From Candidatus Nanoarchaeia archaeon (GTDB lineage Archaea > Nanobdellota > Nanobdellia > SCGC-AAA011-G17 > VGLX01), in NCBI GenBank assembly GCA_038884815.1, contig JAWABC010000009.1:8925-19741 (forward strand): a DNA stretch of 10,817 bases, written 5' to 3'. Shown in pieces: positions 7,224-10,817 of this stretch. A program made the position numbers and the translations under genes. The notes under the pieces were generated by a model. The model was not told the DNA's origin, made no database searches, and saw only the letters and a list, made by a program, of their open reading frames with translations. Positions within the stretch are counted from its first letter, which is position 1. Each line of letters starts with the position of its first letter.

Positions 7224-8069
7224 CTATGCAATCCTCGCTGTGCTAAACTTAGTAAGATTAGATTCAGGAAAAGTTATGTTGTAAAGGTTTTGAGGGTAAG
7301 TGACTATGATCCTTTCATCTTGAGGAATGTTCATTGTTATGTTGGTAGAGAAAATAACATCATGGTTATCTTTGGTTGATAAGTTCATCATAGCAGGATT
7401 ATTTATGTCTATGTCAATCCTCCAAGTTGAAGGGTAAGACAAAAGAACGTAAGCACTGCTGTAAGCTGCAGGGTTAACGTTCACAGTAGAAGACAAAGAG
7501 CCTGAGGAATGCTCCACTTTTATTGTGAAAGGCATTGAACCGGAAGAAACGTAGTTCCAGGTTATCGTAGCGCTCTGAGCAGTAGAAGTTATTGTAATCA
7601 CATAACTCTTAACATCGTCAACGCTTTGCGGACTTACCATTATCTCCTCATCGCCAAAAGCGTCATGGGTATAAACAATACCTTTAGGCTCGACGTTCAG
7701 AGTCAACTTATTTTTAACGCTGCTGTAAACAGAGCTGTCAAAAACAACTTTGGGAGAAACGTTATAGTTATCCTCTACATAGGACTTGAACTGATCCATA
7801 ACGTTACCGAAATTGCTGCTTCTGGGAAGGGTTTCTGTGAAAACAACAGACTCATTATAAACGTCAACAGCAAGGCCTGACCTGTAATCAAAAATCCTTC
7901 TCAAACCCATACCTATTGAAGAGTCAAGCTCGTAAAGCCTGTCAAAAAGAGCAAGCTCACCAAAGCGATCGTTCAAAGACTTCGTGTTGTGAAACATCAA
8001 AATACCCAAAGAAAAAACAACGCTGGCTAGGAAAAACATACCAAGAGTAATCATAACACCTTTTTTCAT
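7224..8069 (-). CDS. Pilin-like or pilus-associated secreted protein with a class III-type signal (MKKG|VMITLGMFFLASVVFSLGILMF) and a ~250-aa Ser/Thr/Asn-rich beta-rich ectodomain
   Basis: ATG 8069 forms an ATGA overlap with the upstream TGA (8066-8069). The track's start at 8084 is a TTG five codons further upstream. A [KR]G pair precedes a 22-residue hydrophobic helix. Several N-x-S/T sequons are present (NES, NVS, NLS, NIT x2, NLT). I recognised no known domain. Confidence 0.75.
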   Translation of the reverse strand: MKKGVMITLGMFFLASVVFSLGILMFHNTKSLNDRFGELALFDRLYELDSSIGMGLRRIFDYRSGLAVDVYNESVVFTETLPRSSNFGNVMDQFKSYVEDNYNVSPKVVFDSSVYSSVKNKLTLNVEPKGIVYTHDAFGDEEIMVSPQSVDDVKSYVITITSTAQSATITWNYVSSGSMPFTIKVEHSSGSLSSTVNVNPAAYSSAYVLLSYPSTWRIDIDINNPAMMNLSTKDNHDVIFSTNITMNIPQDERIIVTYPQNLYNITFPESNLTKFSTARIA

Positions 8070-8521
8070 CTCAACCACATCCAATAATGTGCAGTAGCGA
8101 AATACTCAACTGTTGCCTCACCAGATGTCTCATTAGGAATCACAAAGTTACGACTGCCACCAACAATAAGCTGCTCGCCAGGAGGCTCTGTAGTGCTCTC
8201 CACAGTAAGTATGCCAGGAAGGAATGTCCCATTAATCTGAACCCTCATATGATAAGTAGCAGGCAAAAGAGTTTTTACTTGTGCAGAAACATCACTCTGA
8301 TTCAAACCAACCAAATCACCTTCATGATCCATAACAGCCAACAAGTCATAACCAGTACGGGTCATCTGCAGCTTAGACAAAGGCTCATCATTAGCACGGC
8401 CAACGTAAAAAGAAGCAACAACCAAGAAAATGAAGACTACAAAAACTGCAACGGCAGCATCCAAAGATAGGATGAAGCCCTTACTTCCAAACCGTGAACT
8501 CGAACAAAGCCCTCTGCCCAT
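8066..8521 (-). CDS. Pilin-like protein with a class III-type signal (MGRGLCSSSRFGSKG|FILSLDAAVAVFVVFIFLVVASF)
   Basis: ATG 8521 is the only canonical start in this frame before the hydrophobic helix. It overlaps the upstream gene by 41 nt. A KG pair precedes a ~23-aa hydrophobic helix, and the ~110-aa ectodomain carries the sequons NQS, NGT and NET. Confidence 0.75.
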   Translation of the reverse strand: MGRGLCSSSRFGSKGFILSLDAAVAVFVVFIFLVVASFYVGRANDEPLSKLQMTRTGYDLLAVMDHEGDLVGLNQSDVSAQVKTLLPATYHMRVQINGTFLPGILTVESTTEPPGEQLIVGGSRNFVIPNETSGEATVEYFATAHYWMWLR

Positions 8522-8963
8522 TGAAAATCACATACCTGTAAAGGTTAACCCTCTTCGTATCTTGAGATGTGTAGTTAAGACCCAACTCTTTTAATGTCAC
8601 ACCGCCAAAAGTCTTAACCTTCAAAGAATAATCATAAGGATGGATGTCAAACAAATCTTTTGTTGTTTCATAACTTAAATTAGCCATGGCATCTATCTTC
8701 TCAGCAGACAAAACCCTGTCATCAGAAGCCAAGCCAAGAACGGTAACGTTTTGAGGACTAACTTCCCACCTTGAAGGAACGCCAGGAGTCTTAACCAGCA
8801 TATCTGTAATGTGAAAAGCATGAAGCTGCATCTCCTCGTCTTCCAAGTCATCAGCCAACCTCGAGTTGTAAACGTTCCAAACAACGAGAAGTATGACAGT
8901 TAGAAGTATGAAAACAAGGAATGATATTATCAGGTCAACGCTTTCTATTTGCCCTTTAGACGT
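8481..8963 (-). CDS. Pilin-like protein whose class III-type signal (..TSKG|QIESVDLIISFLVFILLTVILLVVW) lies upstream of the first canonical start codon. The true start is unresolved.
   Basis: The track ORF 8481..8858 begins at a TTG. The same frame stays open upstream as far as a TGA at 8970-8972. That upstream stretch encodes CTTSKGQIESVDLIISFLVFILLTVILLVVWNVYNSR, a KGQ motif plus a hydrophobic helix like those of the neighbouring genes. It contains no in-frame ATG, GTG or TTG. The left (stop) coordinate is firm and the right coordinate is a guess (the ACG codon at 8961-8963). Confidence 0.6.
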   Translation of the reverse strand, partial: TSKGQIESVDLIISFLVFILLTVILLVVWNVYNSRLADDLEDEEMQLHAFHITDMLVKTPGVPSRWEVSPQNVTVLGLASDDRVLSAEKIDAMANLSYETTKDLFDIHPYDYSLKVKTFGGVTLKELGLNYTSQDTKRVNLYRYVIFNGQRALFEFTVWK

Positions 8964-9348
8964 TGTACATCACCACCGTGCCGTTTATGTTTTCAGCAAT
9001 GACATAACCTTCGTAAAGGTCAAAGGAAGAATTGCCATCAGGAGAACCTACCATGGTGTGGGAAAACTTGCAAATGTAACCCTCACCAGCAGTTTCAACA
9101 ACACCAGAAGAGCCATCTACATTAACATTCTTTGTAAGCTTAAAAGTTATGTTCGTTTTAGGGCCGCTAACATACAAACCAGTAATCATGTTGGAGACCT
9201 TCATGCACTCAGACTTCTCAGTAACAAAGTCCTCAATCTGGAACAAATCACTCCTCCTATCAAAAGTCAGAAACACAAGTATGAGAAACATGAAAGTCAT
9301 TAAAGCGATTGCAACCAAGATTTCAAAACTACCTTGCGCCCTTTTCAT
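8956..9348 (-). CDS. Type IV pilin-like protein with a class III signal peptide (MKRA|QGSFEILVAIALMTFMFLILVFLTF)
   Basis: ATG 9348 directly abuts the upstream TAA (TAAATG). Residues Q-G-S-F-E fit the archaeal Class_IIIsignal QxSxE motif, with R and A at positions -2 and -1. The protein is 130 aa, which is pilin-sized, and carries the sequons NIT, NSS and NGT. Confidence 0.85.
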   Translation of the reverse strand: MKRAQGSFEILVAIALMTFMFLILVFLTFDRRSDLFQIEDFVTEKSECMKVSNMITGLYVSGPKTNITFKLTKNVNVDGSSGVVETAGEGYICKFSHTMVGSPDGNSSFDLYEGYVIAENINGTVVMYNV

Positions 9349-10599
9349 TTAACCACCTATAGGCACGCAACAACAATAGTCACCTGTAGGACCGGTCTGA
9401 CAATATGCATCTCCCACAGGTAAATATATCTCATTGTTAATGTTACACTGAGCAATGTTCTGCCTACAGTTACCGTACCAGTAACCATTATATCCACACT
9501 GACCGGCACAGCTGTTGAGGAAAGAATCAAAAATGGTCTTGTTCATCCTGAAAGACCAAATTTCTGACTGCCCTGTGTTAAGGTTGCTGCTGTTGTCTGT
9601 GCAGTTAACGTACCACGTGTAATTACCCAAGTCGATAATCTGGGAAGCGTTAACTGTAACATTCTGTGGGATATTAATCTTGTAAGTTGTGTAGTGGGCT
9701 TCAACACCGTCATCAAGAACTCCGTCAGCCTGTATTATACAATAAAGTACTGAGTTGTTGGTATCGCTAACATTCCAATAAAAGTCCACAAAAGACCAGT
9801 TAAGGAAACTGTTGTTCATAGGACTTATTAGATGTACTTCAGGCGGGCCAACATCATCACTCCAGTTAATAGTATAATTACCAGTGCCTGGTGCACCACA
9901 TGGCATGCTTGTCTGGAAGAAAATCATGCTTGAAGATGTCATCTTGTTGCCAAAAGTGTCCATACATCTGGTGTAGTAAGTGTAGTTTCTTTCAGGGTCT
10001 GTGTAAATCTCAACTGTATGAGTAAGGGCACGGCCATCAAAAATGTTAGCCATGCTGTCATAATCGGTATCGATAGTATCATATTTACAAGTTGCGGGCT
10101 CATCAGTGTCAGCACCAACAATGGTAAAGCCAGGACAGACAAACTGGTCTGGAAGTGTGTAAGGGTAAACCCTCAAAATTATCGGAGGTGTTGTGTCATT
10201 GTATTCCTCTCCAATCCTGACAACACCTGCTTCAAGGGCCTCAACAGACATCCTATAAGTGTTCTTATCAGTAGGAATAGAACCGACAAGTGCAGCCTTG
10301 CTAGAACGATGAACTTCTGTTGAACCACCGAAAATGCTTAACTGGATTAACAACTCTGAACCGTTAACAGAGGTATAGGTAACACCGCTGGGGATAGAAA
10401 TCCAGACGTACTTCCTAGAGCCAGGGCCAAGAGAATAAACAGTGTCAGCAGCGTTAGCCAAAGTGCTAACAGCATCATCAGCCTGGTTAATCCTTACGTT
10501 GTTGTTTGCCTCACTTATACCATAAAAAAACAGGGGCACTGTTATCAGGATTATTATGCCAACAAGAAAGATGTACTCTATACTAACTTGCGCCCTCAT
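9349..10599 (-). CDS. Large pilin-like protein (416 aa) with a class III signal peptide (MRA|QVSIEYIFLVGIIILITVPLFF), two beta-sandwich-like modules and a Cys-rich C-terminal knob. It is a candidate tip adhesin.
   Basis: QVSIEYIFL matches the QxSxExxxL class III motif exactly. ATG 10599 is the likely start. The track's GTG at 10626 would add MFLYLYFEK and would run through the TATA-like element. There are 15 N-x-S/T sequons and 8 Cys residues in aa 364-411. Confidence 0.85.
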   Translation of the reverse strand: MRAQVSIEYIFLVGIIILITVPLFFYGISEANNNVRINQADDAVSTLANAADTVYSLGPGSRKYVWISIPSGVTYTSVNGSELLIQLSIFGGSTEVHRSSKAALVGSIPTDKNTYRMSVEALEAGVVRIGEEYNDTTPPIILRVYPYTLPDQFVCPGFTIVGADTDEPATCKYDTIDTDYDSMANIFDGRALTHTVEIYTDPERNYTYYTRCMDTFGNKMTSSSMIFFQTSMPCGAPGTGNYTINWSDDVGPPEVHLISPMNNSFLNWSFVDFYWNVSDTNNSVLYCIIQADGVLDDGVEAHYTTYKINIPQNVTVNASQIIDLGNYTWYVNCTDNSSNLNTGQSEIWSFRMNKTIFDSFLNSCAGQCGYNGYWYGNCRQNIAQCNINNEIYLPVGDAYCQTGPTGDYCCCVPIGG

Positions 10600-10742
10600 T
10601 TTTTCAAAATATAGGTATAAAAACACATTTTTTATTACTTCTTATTCATTATAGAGTGGTATAATAAGGTTTATATACGGGATAATCATTAAATTATCCT
10701 AACTTAGAGATACTAAAAATTAAAAAAAAGGAGGCGAATAAA
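10600..10742. promoter_or_regulatory. Divergent intergenic control region containing a TATA box TTTATATA (10670-10677, near-palindromic), further A/T boxes near 10616-10640, and AGGAGG (10729-10734) serving the plus-strand pilin gene
   Basis: The plus strand reads ggTTTATATAcgg ... aaaaAGGAGGcgaataaaGTG. The Shine-Dalgarno lies 8 nt from GTG 10743. The TATA box lies about 70 nt upstream of that start, which implies a leader of roughly 40 nt. The minus strand reads gtgTTTTTATAcctatattttgaaaaaATG with no Shine-Dalgarno, suggesting a leaderless or very short-leader mRNA. Confidence 0.45.
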
Positions 10743-10817
10743 GTGAAAAGAGGACAAGCAGCCATGGAGTTTTTGATGACTTATGGTTGGGCTATTCTAG
10801 TAGTTTTAGTTGCAATC
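10743..10817 (+). CDS. Type IV pilin-like protein, 5' fragment only (25 codons), with a class III signal peptide V(M)KRG|QAAMEFLMTYGWAILVVLVAI. It is a candidate major pilin.
   Basis: The GTG start has a perfect AGGAGG 8 nt upstream. A KRGQ cleavage-type motif is followed by E at +5 and a hydrophobic helix. The ORF runs off the right edge, so it is absent from the ORF track. Confidence 0.8.
   Translation, partial: MKRGQAAMEFLMTYGWAILVVLVAI

Noticed and set aside
8693-8884. A 63-aa minus-strand ORF (MFGTFTTRGWLMTW...) covering the gap upstream of ORF 8481-8858
   Set aside because: It is in a different frame from the pilin-like ORF and has no TM or signal features. The alternative frame encodes a KGQ motif plus a hydrophobic helix, consistent with all the neighbouring genes.
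9352-9510. Reading the C-terminal Cys-rich tail as a sorting signal (PGF-CTERM or archaeosortase), a lipobox or a multihaem motif
   Set aside because: There is no terminal hydrophobic helix or basic tail, no PGF motif and no CXXCH motif. The cysteines are spread over ~50 residues, which is more consistent with a folded disulfide- or metal-stabilised module.
1833-10323. The other plus-strand ORFs in the track: 1833-2081, 2005-2211, 3027-3383, 3311-3640, 3627-3899, 3996-4325, 4240-4593, 4795-4992, 5017-5235, 5829-6014, 6195-6440, 6455-6784, 7626-7880, 8087-8470, 8893-9303, 9149-9352 and 10018-10323
   Set aside because: All are embedded antisense in minus-strand genes that have clear family motifs or a signal-peptide architecture. 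Their translations look like compositional noise, and none has a start context or RBS.
2592-10626. Longer N-terminal extensions given by the track: GTG 10626, TTG 8084 and TTG 2594
   Set aside because: Each extension adds a few residues in front of an ATG that gives a canonical short class III leader (MRAQ..., MKKG...) or the sequence MNSK.... The GTG 10626 start would also run through the TATA-like element. The ATG starts at 10599, 8069 and 2591 are preferred.
1761-10817. Reading the locus as an archaellum (fla/arl) operon because of the FlaH-like, FlaI-like and FlaJ-like trio
   Set aside because: There is no archaellin-type N-terminus and no FlaF, FlaG, FlaX or FlaCDE candidates. The platform is split in two, the gene order is I-J-J-H rather than H-I-J, and the substrates carry pilin-type QxSxE signal peptides.
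1-10817. Search for CRISPR repeats, IS or transposase genes, integrase genes, tRNA or rRNA genes, and long direct or inverted repeats
   Set aside because: I saw no periodic repeat-spacer structure, no transposase- or integrase-like ORF and no tRNA-like cloverleaf candidates in the short intergenic gaps. The window is essentially wall-to-wall protein-coding.

Overview
This window is AT-rich and densely coding, and it is almost certainly archaeal. The evidence is class III signal peptides with the QxSxE motif, a FlaI-type ATPase and TATA-box-like intergenic elements. An uncultivated or DPANN-like source is only a guess. All genes but the last are on the minus strand. In minus-strand order (high to low coordinates) there are three parts. 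(1) 10599->7224: five tightly coupled genes whose products each start with a class III (type IV prepilin-like) signal peptide. One of them is a 416-aa protein rich in N-glycosylation sequons with a Cys-rich C-terminal knob. (2) After an 85-bp spacer, 7138->1761 is a machinery block of five genes. They encode a 6-TM membrane protein with a K/E-rich loop and a C-terminal winged-helix domain, a FlaI/TadA/VirB11-family secretion ATPase, two separate T2SS-F platform proteins (TadB/TadC-like, i.e. a split FlaJ) and a single-domain KaiC/RecA-like ATPase. (3) 1705->1 is a 9-TM sensor with a double-Cache-like domain that runs off the left edge. It is absent from the supplied ORF track because it is open-ended, but I translated it by hand and found no stop codons. 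A sixth prepilin gene starts divergently at 10743 (+) behind a strong Shine-Dalgarno and runs off the right edge. Taken together this is a type IV filament (pilus-like) locus whose part list does not match the archaellum, the Ups/Aap pili or the bacterial Tad system. One pilin-like gene has its signal peptide encoded upstream of any canonical start codon. I saw no rRNA, tRNA, CRISPR array or mobile element. All functional calls rest on motif recognition by eye and were not confirmed by any search.
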